Part shown: piece by piece, positions 1 to 10,276 of the stretch
Layout of the letters: the number at the start of each line of letters is the position of its first letter
Position numbering within the stretch: the stretch's first letter is position 1
Assembly: GCF_036321535.1 (NCBI RefSeq)
Contig: NC_087437.1
Coordinates: forward strand, 122,142,001 to 122,206,000
Direction: 5' to 3'
DNA from: Camelus dromedarius
Taxonomy: Eukaryota
DNA length: 64,000 bases
Notes under the pieces: generated by a model
What the model was told of the DNA's origin: nothing
What the model saw: the letters and a program-made list of their open reading frames with translations, nothing else
Database searches by the model: none
Translations under genes and position numbers: made by a program

Positions 1-1234
1 GAGGACCCAATCTGAGCAGTTCTCCTCCCCGCCTCCAAGTTTTGCCATGAAAGTGACATTGGAGGAGGGGTTGCTAAGCGTAGAGAAATCACAAAGTCCT
101 ATGCTTGCTTTTGGTCACTAGAGTTGAAACTACAAGCAGCTCTTCCCAGCCCAGAGGCAACAAGATCTAAAAGACTATAGCTGAGGATTTGAGGTTGGGC
201 TAATCACAGGTTAACTCAACCTGAGGAAAGGTGCAACTTCTCTGGCTCAACCAGACACTAGGAAAAAGCGGAGTGACTAGCTCTGTACCTTCACTGCACC
301 AGAGGAAATAGATGGCAATCTCTAAGGAACAAACAGCAGAACAAAAATATTTCACTCTTTACTGGTCTCTTCTACACAATGTGCAGAGTACAACAAAAAC
401 AATTATAAAACCTGCAAAAAGGGGGAAAATGTGACCTGTACTTAAGAGAAAAGACATTCCTTATGAGAGACCGTCGTTGGCTCAGTTACTAGCATAAGAA
501 TAAACTAAAGCAATTATTTCAAATATGAGTGAACAGACGGTATATTTCAAGAAATGAATGGAAACACGGAAAAAAAAAAAGAGGACTGAAAAATAGACAA
601 AAAAGTATCAATGGATGGGCTTAGATTGGATACTGCAGAAAGGTTCAGGGAACTTGAAAAAAGTTCAATGGAAATTATCCAAACTGGAGAAGAGAGAGAA
701 AAAAATTTTAGAAACATGACCAAAACATCTGTGAGATGCGGGACCCATATCAAGTAGTCTAATGTGAAGTAGTCTGAGATGCAAGCATTTTGGAGTCCAA
801 GAATGAGAAGAGAGATGGTGGGAAAACTGTTTGAAGAATCACTGGCTGAAATATTCCAATCTAATGAAAAGCCACAAACTGCTGAAAGACAAATACAAAG
901 AGAAAATCTAAAAAGCTATCAGGGAAAGAATATGCATTACATAGAACATTACATAGAACAATGATTGGTTTTTTTAATGGCTGATTTCATTGGAAACATT
1001 TGGAAGCAGGAGGCAATGGGGCAACATGTTTAAAGTGCTGAGAGAAAAAAAAAAATCTTCAACCTAGAATTCTGTACCAGCAAAATTATCCTTCAAAAAG
1101 GAAGGCAAAGTAGAGATTTTCAGGTAAACAAAAGCCTAAAAACCAGCTCTATAGCAATTGAGCCTCCACTACAAGAAATGCTAAAGCCATATTTGGAGAC
1201 TGAAGGGACAGATACTGAATATAGACTGGACCTA

Positions 1235-1380
1235 CAGCAAGCACTCAACTATGGCACTGCTGACATATGGGGCCAAATAGTTCTCTGTTGTGGGGGCTGT
1301 CTTGTGCGTCATCCCAGGCCTCTACCCACGAGATGCCAGGAGGCCCCGCCCCCAGTTGTGACAACCAGAAATGTCTCTGT
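1235..1380 (+). mobile_element. MER20 hAT DNA transposon fragment
   Basis: ggcactgctgacatatggggcc...ttgtgggggctgtcttgtgc...ggcctctacccacgagatgccag...ccagttgtgacaaccagaaatgtctc matches the recalled MER20 consensus. The L1 resumes after it. Confidence 0.85.
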
Positions 1381-1424
1381 GGGAATGAAGTCTGCAGAAG
1401 AAAAGGAAGATGTTACAAAGGGTA

Positions 1425-1730
1425 ATAACAGACTTCATGTTCCCCTCTCCCCAATCCATGTGTTGAAATTCTGATTCCCAGCGTGGCGGTGTTGGGCGGT
1501 GGGGCCTTCAGGTGGCACCCTCACAAGTGGGTTTAGTGTCCTCCCAGCAGAGCTGCCTGTCCCTTCTTCCATGGGAGCCGCAGTGAGAAGTCAGCCTTCC
1601 GCAGCCCAGAAGAGCCCTCCGCAGGACGACCCTGCCGGCACCCTGATCCTGGACTTCCAGCCTCCAGAATGTGAGAAGCAAATTCTGCTCCTTATAGCCA
1701 CCTACTGATAATCCCAAACTGATTAAGACA
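1425..1730 (+). mobile_element. MaLR solo LTR (MLT1A-like)
   Basis: catgtgttgaaattctgattccca...ggtggggcctt...gccggcaccctgatcctggacttccagcctccagaatgtgaga...taagaca terminus. Confidence 0.85.
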
Positions 1731-3039
1731 GTAACTATGTAGGTTAGTGTAGAATAATGTTTTTCTGGGTTTTTAGTTTTCGAAATTCAATTGAGTTAAA
1801 AGCAATGGTAACAATAGTGAGATTTGTAATTAATCTGGAAGTGAATACAAGATAAAAATAGCACAAGGATCAGAAGAGAATAAATAGAAATACCCTGTTG
1901 CAGCTGCAAGGTTTTTAGATTGTGGTAAAATGATAAATACTGATTCAAGATAGACAGATGAAATAAGCATATGTGAGATTTAGAAAAGAACCACTGAAGA
2001 TAGAATAGAATCTATCTATAGAATAGAATCTAACCACAGAATCTGATAGAGGAGGAAAAGTGGAACACAAAAATATACCAGAACAGTTTTTTTTAAAGGC
2101 AGTAAAAAAGGAAGAAAAATAAATAACTAACAACAAACAGCAAGGTGGTCACAAGGAAAGCCTGTCAACAATTGGAGCAAATGAAAACGGCCACATCCTC
2201 CAGCTAGAAGGCAGAGCTGGTCAAACCAAGATTTTTAAAATAAAGGCCAATTACACTTGTTTTGTACAAGATATCATAGAAATATAAATAGGTTCAAATT
2301 TAAATAATGAAAAAGCTATACCATGAAAACATTCATCATGAGAAAGCTGGAGTAGCCATGTTCATAAAACCCAAAACGGCTCTTAAGACGGGAAGTGGTG
2401 GTGGTGGCAAAGAAGAACATTACATAATGATAAAAGCATTATTTCATCAAGGAAACATAACAAATCTAAATATGTTTGCACCTGAGAAGAGATAAATCCA
2501 CTGTTGTTATTGGAGATTTAACTCTCTTAGACAGAAAAATATTAGGATATATAAAGCCTGAACAACTATCAATTAAATTAACCTAATTGACAATGATAAA
2601 ACACTAAGCCCAATGTTTGAAAAATACACCTCATTGAACGTGCTCCAAGATAGGCGATATATTGAGCCATAAAATGTCAGTAAAATAATAGCATTGAGAT
2701 AATACAGAATATGGAATCGGTTAGAAATCAGTGACAGAAATCCATGTGACTGAGTGGCTTTCACACGCTAGAGGCATAGTTCACAGCAGAGGAGACGACT
2801 CTGTATTGGGAATATCACTTGAAGGGTCTTTGGTTGAGGAAGCTGAGCCCCTTCCCCACCCCACGACTCCCAGGGCCTGTTTGGAAGGAAATATGCAACC
2901 GGGAAAGAGCGACATTTCTGCATAAGAAATAAAAAGTTAATATACCGGTAAATCCCTAGCATACAGTACACGTCTGATTAACGCATGGATCAAAAAGGAA
3001 ACCACAAGGAAAATTAGAGAATATTTTACCTGATTAATA

Positions 3040-3385
3040 ATTTTTCTTTTAAAGACAATTTTAGAGCAAAATTGAGAGGAAGGTACAGAGATATCCCATA
3101 TACCCTTTGCACACACGTGCACAGCCTCCCTTCTAATCAACATGCCCACCTGATGGGACAGTTGCCACCACTGATGAGCCTGCAGTGACACCTCATTATT
3201 GTCCAAAGTCTGCAGTTTACGTCAGGGTCACATTGGTGTTGTGCGTTATGTGGGTCTGGACCAAGACATGAGACACATGTCCACCATTATAACATCATAC
3301 TGTTGTCATGAGTGTGATAACACTCATTTCGTGTATCATTTTCACTGCCCTAAAAATTCTCTGCTCTATCATTTCATCCCTCAGA
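3040..3385 (-). mobile_element. Old L1 (L1MC/L1MD-like) 3' UTR, antisense
   Basis: T-run followed by gcaaaattgagaggaaggtacagagatatcccatataccc...ccaaagtctgcagtttacgtcagggtcac, the reverse complement of an L1M 3' end. Confidence 0.75.
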
Positions 3386-3409
3386 GGTAATTTTTTTTAA
3401 ACAGCATAT

Positions 3410-4348
3410 TATGCCACCAAAACTACAAGAAATGAAAGAAAACTAGATAATTGGGCTTCATTAATATTTAAAACTTCTTTTCTTCAAAAGATACTGTCAG
3501 GATAGCTAAATTGCAACTCACAAAATGAGAGGAAGTATTTGCAAATCATATATCTAAGGGACTAAAATCCAGAATATATGAAGAACTCTTACAACGTGAA
3601 AATATTGCTCAACATCGTTAGCCATCAGGGAAATCACATCAAAACCACAATGAGATCCCATTCTCATACCCACTAGCATGGCTACACTCAAACGACAGGC
3701 AATAGCAAGTGTCAGCAAGGATGCAGAGAAATTGGAACACTCATGCACTGTGATGGAATGTGAAGTGATGCAGCCACTTTGCAAACAGTTTGGCAGCTCT
3801 TCAGAATGTTAGACACACAGCTATTACGTGATCCAGTGTTTCCACACCTAGGCATATACCCAAGAGAATGGAAAACATATGTCCACACAAAAGTTGTGCA
3901 TGAATATTTGTAACAGCATGATGCATAAAAGCTAAAATATGGAAACAGTCCAAATGCTCATCAGTCAAAAAAAGATGGAATATTACTCAGCCATAAAAAG
4001 GAATGAAATGTTGATTTACCCTACAACATGGATGAGCTATGGAGACATTATGCAGAGTGAACAAAACCAGTCACAAAAGACTGTATGATTCCAAATATGT
4101 GAAATGTCCAGAACGGGGAAATCTGCATGGAGAGTAGATTAGTGCTTGCCAGGGACCTGGAGGCTGTGGACAGAGAGTGACTGCTCCAGGTATGGGGTTT
4201 CCTTTCAAGGTGGTAATAATGTTGTAATTTTGGGTAATGGTGGTGGTGCAAACTTTGTGAATATACTAAAACCCACTGAATGAAATGCTTTTAAAAGGTG
4301 GATTTTATGATGTATGAATTACATCTTAATAAAGCTGTTACTAAAATA
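3410..4348 (+). mobile_element. L1MB-type ORF2 end plus 3' UTR
   Basis: gcaaatcatatatct, tcaaaaccacaatgagat, ggaatattactcagccataaaaaggaatgaa; ends in aataaagctgtt plus A's. Confidence 0.88.
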
Positions 4349-4349
4349 T

Positions 4350-6360
4350 AGTGGACTATTTTAACAACCTTATTCCAGTGATGAAATCTTGAAAGACAGT
4401 CTTCACCAAAACTGACCCAAGAACAAATAGAAGTGGAAGTCAAACATCCCAGCAAAGGAAAGTGTAAGCCCAGAGGGTCCCACTGGAAGAGCAGATCAAA
4501 CACTTAAGGAACAAATAATACTTACTGTCTACAAACCCTTTCAGAAAAACAAAAAAAAAAACCAAGCATGGAATGATTCTCAAATCATTTGATGAAGCCA
4601 AAGTAACCCCAATACCAAACCCTTACAAAACTAAAGAAATACTACAGGCCAGTATCCTACGTGAGCATAAATGAAAAGCAATGTTAGCAAGTCGAACAGC
4701 AATACACAGAGAATGATATTCCGTTATGACCAAGTGAGGTTTACTCCAGGAATACAATTCAAAAACCAATAAATGTAATTCACCACTTCAACAGGTTAAA
4801 GGACAAAATTCACAAAATCATCCAGATAAATGCATTAAAAACATGACAAAATTTGAAACCCATTCATCTTAAAAACTGTCAGGACACGGGGCCTAGAAGA
4901 GAACTTATTCGAGTTGTAAACGTATGGATAACATCATATTTTATAGTAAAATTCTGAATGTTTTCAACCTGAGTTTGAGAGCAAGGCAAGGGTGTTGGCT
5001 CTTACCGCTTCTGTTCCGCATGGAACTGGTGTGCTCAGCTGCGTGCACCGAGAAGAAACAGAAATAAAACCGATAAACCCATGGAAGGAAGATGTAGCCC
5101 TGCCTTGTTGGTGGAGGGTATGATCGTGTGTGTAGAAAAGCCTAAGGACCAACAACAAAAAATTACGAGAATTAGTAAGTGAATTAAACAAGCCACAGGG
5201 TGTAAAGTCAATGCACAATAACGAAATGAATTTTTACACGGGTAGCAAACAGCCGGAAAGTGAAACCATTTACTGGAAAACATGCCTGCAACAGCGTCAG
5301 AGCTAAACAGCACTCGGGTTACACTTAATGGAAGGTGTGTAGGACCTACTCACAGAAAACCACAAACATTGCTGAGAAAAATTCAAGAAAACATAAATAA
5401 ACGAAAAAATGCATCATGCTCAAGGATTGGACAAGTCAATACTGTTAAGATGCAAATTTTCCTCAAGTTGATATGTAGACTCAGTGGATCTCAACAAAAA
5501 TGCCAGCAAACTTTTTTTAAAGTAGAAAGTGACAGGTGACTCTAAAGTGATGAAAGTAAAGTCGTGAAAATACCAAAGGGCCAAAACTTTTTGGGAAAGG
5601 AGAACAAAATCAGAGAGCTTCTGCTGCCTAGCGACCTGAAGACTGAGGAAAGCTCCAGCAATCATGAGAGTGAGGCGCTGCCGCAGAGCAGCGGCACCGG
5701 CTGCGCCGGAAGCAGACCGCACTTACGTGGTCAGTTTGCTTTCAGCCAAGCGTCAGAGCAACCTGATGAGGGAAGACTTTCACAAACTGCTTGAATCTGA
5801 ACAGTTACCCGTAAGGAACTGACGCGACTCTCGCTGCTTATCTCGTACCATACGTAAAAATTAACTCAAGATGCATCGAAAACTCCACCATAGAATCCAA
5901 AATTGTAAAGCCTCTAAAAAAAAATACGTAGACTATCCTTGGACTGACAGGATGCACAGAGACCACCAACCACAAAAGAAAAACACTGGTGAATTTAACT
6001 TTAGCGAGACTTTAAACTTTTGCTTGTCAAAACCCGTAATTACAAACGTCAACAGCAAGCCATAGAAAGGGGTACAGTATTTACGGTACGTAAATCCGAA
6101 CCCCTGCCAGTCAGTAACAAGAGACAACCCAGTTAAAGGTGGGCCAAAGCCTTGGAGAGTCGCTTCCGGAGAAAGTGGATACAAAGATACCTCACGAGTG
6201 GGCGGCCAACGTCATTAGCCGTCAGAGGTGTGCCAGTCAAGGCACGGCCAGACACCTCCTCCCGCTGCCTGCAGGGCCGACGGCGCCCGGCGTCAGCGGG
6301 GACGTGAGGAGCTGGCCGGGCGCTGGCCAGTCCTGACACCGCGCAGTAAACAAGGGCTGC
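4350..6360 (+). mobile_element. Degenerate L1 ORF2 (RT to C-terminal region), probably continuing the 300-3035 element
   Basis: gaccaagtgaggtttactccaggaatacaa, caatactgttaagatgcaaatt, aaaaattaactcaagatg. Becomes increasingly GC-rich toward 6360. Confidence 0.8.
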
Positions 6361-7459
6361 GATCAGCAGATTCTGTGTCCTTAGGTTCCCTCTGGATGAG
6401 GCAGCTTCACACACTCTGTTGTATTTTTCCCTCCTGTTGTGAGCTTGCAGTTTCAGCCCTAACTGTGGAGTGCTTGGCACGTGGCCTCCAAGCCAGATGT
6501 GACCCCGGCGAGGTTATCGCCAAGCCCAGGGAACATTTTCAAAACATGACCCAGGATCTGGCATCTCTTGAAAACAGCTTCATTTCAGGGGAATCTGCCG
6601 GATGGAGGGCGGACTGGCCCGCCAGGATTTTCATAAGAGGAGATTCGGCCTCTTCCTTTGCTCTGGGCCACAGGCTCTCTCCTGCTCTGCTGGCGTTAAC
6701 CTCAGGTGGGTCAGCGCGCGGCATCACGGGGAACCGACCAGTAAGTGGTGCCCCCGAGACTCAGGCCTCGGAAGTGGCGAGTCATCGTACTTCAGGTGAA
6801 TTAACCTGTCTTTTCAGAGGCCTTCAGTGCACATGCTTTGTACTGAAGGAAATAGATTCAAAATGCTTCTGAAATCCTCTTGTGTATTACCCTGCTTTTA
6901 AGCAACTATGAAGCAGACAAGCGTTCCTCATGCAGGGACCTAAATCCGTGGGAGACTGCCGTTCACCCCAGTGTTGGAGAGACTAGCCAGCTTCCAGCAG
7001 AAGCTCACCACATCCTGACCCCCCTCCCCCTTCAGCACTTGCTTGGAGACTTCTGAGGAACATGACTTGGAGACTCTGGAACGAACTCACAGAGTAAGCC
7101 AGGAACTGAGGAGCTGGCTTGCTTTCCTCCATAAATCTCCTCTACTCTCAGAAAAATAAAGACGACGGAAGCCAAAAACAGCAAGTCCATCCACCTGGTG
7201 GAGCAGAGAGGAGCCGGGCATGTCTCCCAGCCAGAGGTGCCCTCGGGTCTGCAGATCCTCCTGCGGACAAAGGAAGAGCAAACCTCCCTCCTCCCATCGC
7301 AGCCCCTCCTCCTCCTCCTGACGGTGGCACCTGGGGCCTGAGCTGGTTGTTTCCAGTCCCACAGCCCCAGCCTCAGTCGCCTGTCCGGCAGGCCTGTCCA
7401 GAGCCCCGGCCACGCGTCTACCCTGGGCCCCAGACAGCGCCAGGTGCCCTGCAAGGAAG

Positions 7460-7545
7460 ACTGTGATGTCTTCAGTTTACAGATGAGAAGAGTAAGGTTC
7501 AGACGTTGCCAGTTTGCCGAAGGCCACGACTGCCAGTGGCGCTTT
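7460..7545 (-). mobile_element. MIR SINE core fragment
   Basis: tttacagatgagaagagtaaggttcaga...tttgccgaaggccac resembles the MIR core. Confidence 0.55.
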
Positions 7546-7729
7546 GGGTGCAGCCCAGCTCTGCCCATCTCCACGTTCCGTCCTCTTTCAGACGAGCACG
7601 CCCAGCTCCGTGAGGCTGCCTTGTCACCAAGGAAAACCGGAAGATAGGGTCGCTGCAGAGGCACAGATGGACCCGTCTTTAGGGGCGGCTTTTGTCTGGT
7701 GCAGTTTATGCAAATTGAACCCCACGGTG

Positions 7730-7910
7730 TTTTTTTATTTTTAAATTTTTCATTGAAGTGTAGTTGATTTACAGTGTTAGTTTCAGGTGCACAGCCCAGC
7801 GATTCGGCTATACGTACGCATGCACGTATCTTCTTTTCAGATTCTTTCCCGTTCCACGTTATCACAATATATGAATGTAGTTCCCTGTGCTCCACAGTAG
7901 GTCCCCTTTG
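7730..7910 (-). mobile_element. Artiodactyl-type L1 3' end, antisense
   Basis: T-tract, then attgaagtgtagttgatttaca...tttcaggtgcacagc...tagttccctgtgctccacagtaggtcc. Confidence 0.85.
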
Positions 7911-8534
7911 CGTTTGTGCACTTACGTACGTGTGTGTGTCTGCTAGTGCAGCTGAGCCCCCCCGTGTCTCTAAGGACCAGCTTGGTCTAAAGGGAACAGA
8001 GTGGGGCAAAGTGCGAGGAAGTCTCAGGGCTCCTGACCGTCCGCAGAAAGGCGGCGAGCCAAGGACGCTCAGCCGCGGGTACTGGTGGCGACTTGTGGAT
8101 GACGAGGACGCCTGCGGGGTCAGCAAGTGCCCGGAGACCAGCGCTGAGAGAGTGTGAGTGTCTCACAAGACGCGGGTGGGTCAGCAAGCTGAGGCGGGTG
8201 CCCCGCCAGCCTTGAGACTGTGGTGGGCCTCCCACACGCTTCCTGTTTGAGTGAGGTGTTCGCGGAGACCCCTGCCCACCGTGGCATGTTGAGTGTGGCG
8301 GGGCACGGGGACAACTCGTCTCTCTTCGTAAGTCTTCAAGACAAGAGGAACTCTCACAGGGAACCCAACCTGAGCAGCCTTTTCCACGCCCGGACTTGAT
8401 TAGGGAAGAGACCCTTGACTGTGAGCATGAGTCTGAAGCCATGATGGAACGAGGCTGTTTGGGGACGTTTGGGGAGGAAATGAGTCTGTTTTGCCTCGGG
8501 GAGAAACGTGAATGACGTTTGTCCAGGGAGAGAC

Positions 8535-9036
8535 TGTGGCAGTGTTGAGACATGGATGCATATTCTTTGACTCTTCTCCCCTCAAAGGTGGCCATCCATG
8601 GCCCTTTCTTGAATCTGAGTGAGCTTGTAACACCTTCCACTAACAGAGCACAGCGGGAGTGACCTCCAAGGCTGGACCTCCATAACAGGTGATGCGGCTT
8701 CTGCCTTGGAGCGCGTGCTTGCTCTGGGAGCTCCCTGCCGCCACGTGAGAGTCCTGTCTTGAAGCTGCCATCTTCTAAGGAAGCCCAAACCAACATTTCC
8801 AGTTGGCCCATCTTTTGAGTCCCCCCCAGCCCAGACACCACGCACGTGAGCGAAGAAGGTTTCAGTTGATTTCTGCCCTCAGTGGAGACCCCAGGCATCA
8901 CGGCGCAGAAACAAGCCCTTCCTGCCGTGCTTCTGTCTGAACTCCTGACCTGCGGAATCTGGCAGCGTAACACAGCAGTTGCTGACACCAGCACGTCTCA
9001 TCGTGATTTGTCAAGCAGCAAAAGGAAACCAGAGCA
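8535..9036 (+). mobile_element. MaLR solo LTR (MLT1F/G-like)
   Basis: Starts tgtggcag; contains attctttgactcttctccc, aggaagcccaa and tgaactcctgacc; ends gcagcaaaaggaaaccagagca. Confidence 0.75.
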
Positions 9037-9074
9037 AAACTTGAGAAGCCTTTCCATCTAAAAGGTCCTCACTA

Positions 9075-9244
9075 TATATAAAAATAGATAAAAAAAAATT
9101 TCTTCTGTGTATTCAATATCTTGTAATAACCTTTAATGAAAAAGAATATGAAAATGAATGTATGTATGTACGTGCATGACTGGAACGCTGTGCTGTACCC
9201 CAGAGACTGGCACGTTGTAACTGACTGTACTTTAATAAAAAAAT
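9075..9244 (+). mobile_element. Young 5'-truncated camelid-type L1 3' end with 14-bp target-site duplication
   Basis: TSD aaaggtcctcacta at 9061-9074 and 9245-9258. Body ttcaatatcttgtaataacctttaatgaaa is shared with the copy at 54054-54278. Confidence 0.9.
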
Positions 9245-9259
9245 AAAGGTCCTCACTAA

Positions 9260-9985
9260 AAGAAAGATTAAAGGATATACTTCAACAAAAAGAAAATGAA
9301 TTTGAAGAGATGGCATGGGTTATAAGAAAAATGGTTAATTTGTGGCATCTATAATAAATTACTGCTTGAAAAGTTTAGTCTTTTAGAAAGATAAGACTAA
9401 AGCAGGCAGTAATAGCAAGATAGGGCAGAGTTCAATGAACAGTCAAGCCTGTGGAGCTCTCATGCTCTGGAGAAGGACAGAAACATTCAATGGCTTCAGA
9501 CTTTTGTAGAAATTTTCCAGTGTATAATGTATAATAAAAACTTAAGGTGAAAATTTATATATTTAGATATGTGTATCTGTTAGTCCAATTGGAACCCACC
9601 CTGTTTGTAAGTGCAGAAATATCTTCCAAACTAGTGGAGAGAGAGGGAAATATATATCCATCAGAAGCCAGGAAGGAAGGAGAAAGCAGAGGAAAAAACC
9701 CTAGCAAGTAGAAAACCCAAAATAAGACGGTAGAAAAAAATTTACATATGTCAGTAATTACGATAACTGTGAATGGGTTAAACTCGTGTTTTAAGGGATA
9801 AAGATCAATAGACCATGAAAGCGAAATAACACTCAGCTGACGCTACCTACACGAGACACAGCTAAATAGACCACACTGACAGGCTGAGACTGGAGAGCAG
9901 GAGCACACAGACCTGTGAACACCGCTAAACACAAGCGTGCTCTGCGTTGATTTCAGACAAACAGTATTTTAAAAAACATTACCTG
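9260..9985 (+). mobile_element. Ancient L1 inter-ORF / ORF2 start remnant
   Basis: atatgtcagtaattacgataactgtgaatgggttaaactc (ITLNVNGLN-like) and atttcagacaaa (ISDK-like). Confidence 0.65.
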
Positions 9986-10276
9986 GGGTGGAGGAGGACA
10001 AAGCAAAGCCACCTCCTCTGGTCCGGGCGGCGCGACCCTCGGCTGGGAGCGGCCACGGCAAACGGGGGCGGGGCCTCCTGCGGCCTCCCGGAAGCACCCC
10101 CTCCGGGCGGGCAGTCCCACCTTGCTCCCGCCTGCGGAGGGAGTTTTCTAGTTTCATTGCTCAGTTTGATGTTAATTATGAACTTCTGATAAATATTTTC
10201 CCTCGGGCTGGGAACACTTGCGTCTGTTCTCCGTGCTGGTGTCTCATGTTCTGAGTGAGTGTTAAGGTTTACCGAG

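Larger units (their letters stand above)
300..3035 (+). mobile_element. Ancient degenerate LINE-1 (L1M-type): ORF1, inter-ORF and ORF2 endonuclease remnants, interrupted by nested insertions
   Basis: ORF1 C-terminal-like text (aacctagaattctgtaccagcaaaattatccttcaaaaaggaaggc, ~1061-1106) and ORF2 endonuclease-like text (aaagctggagtagc, aaagaagaacattacataatgataaaag, aatatgtttgcacc, ~2340-2485). A-rich plus strand; no intact ORF. Confidence 0.85.

Noticed and set aside
7032..8994. 364-aa and 335-aa minus-strand ORFs
   Set aside because: They run through L1, MIR and MLT remnants, use non-ATG starts and show no recognisable domain.
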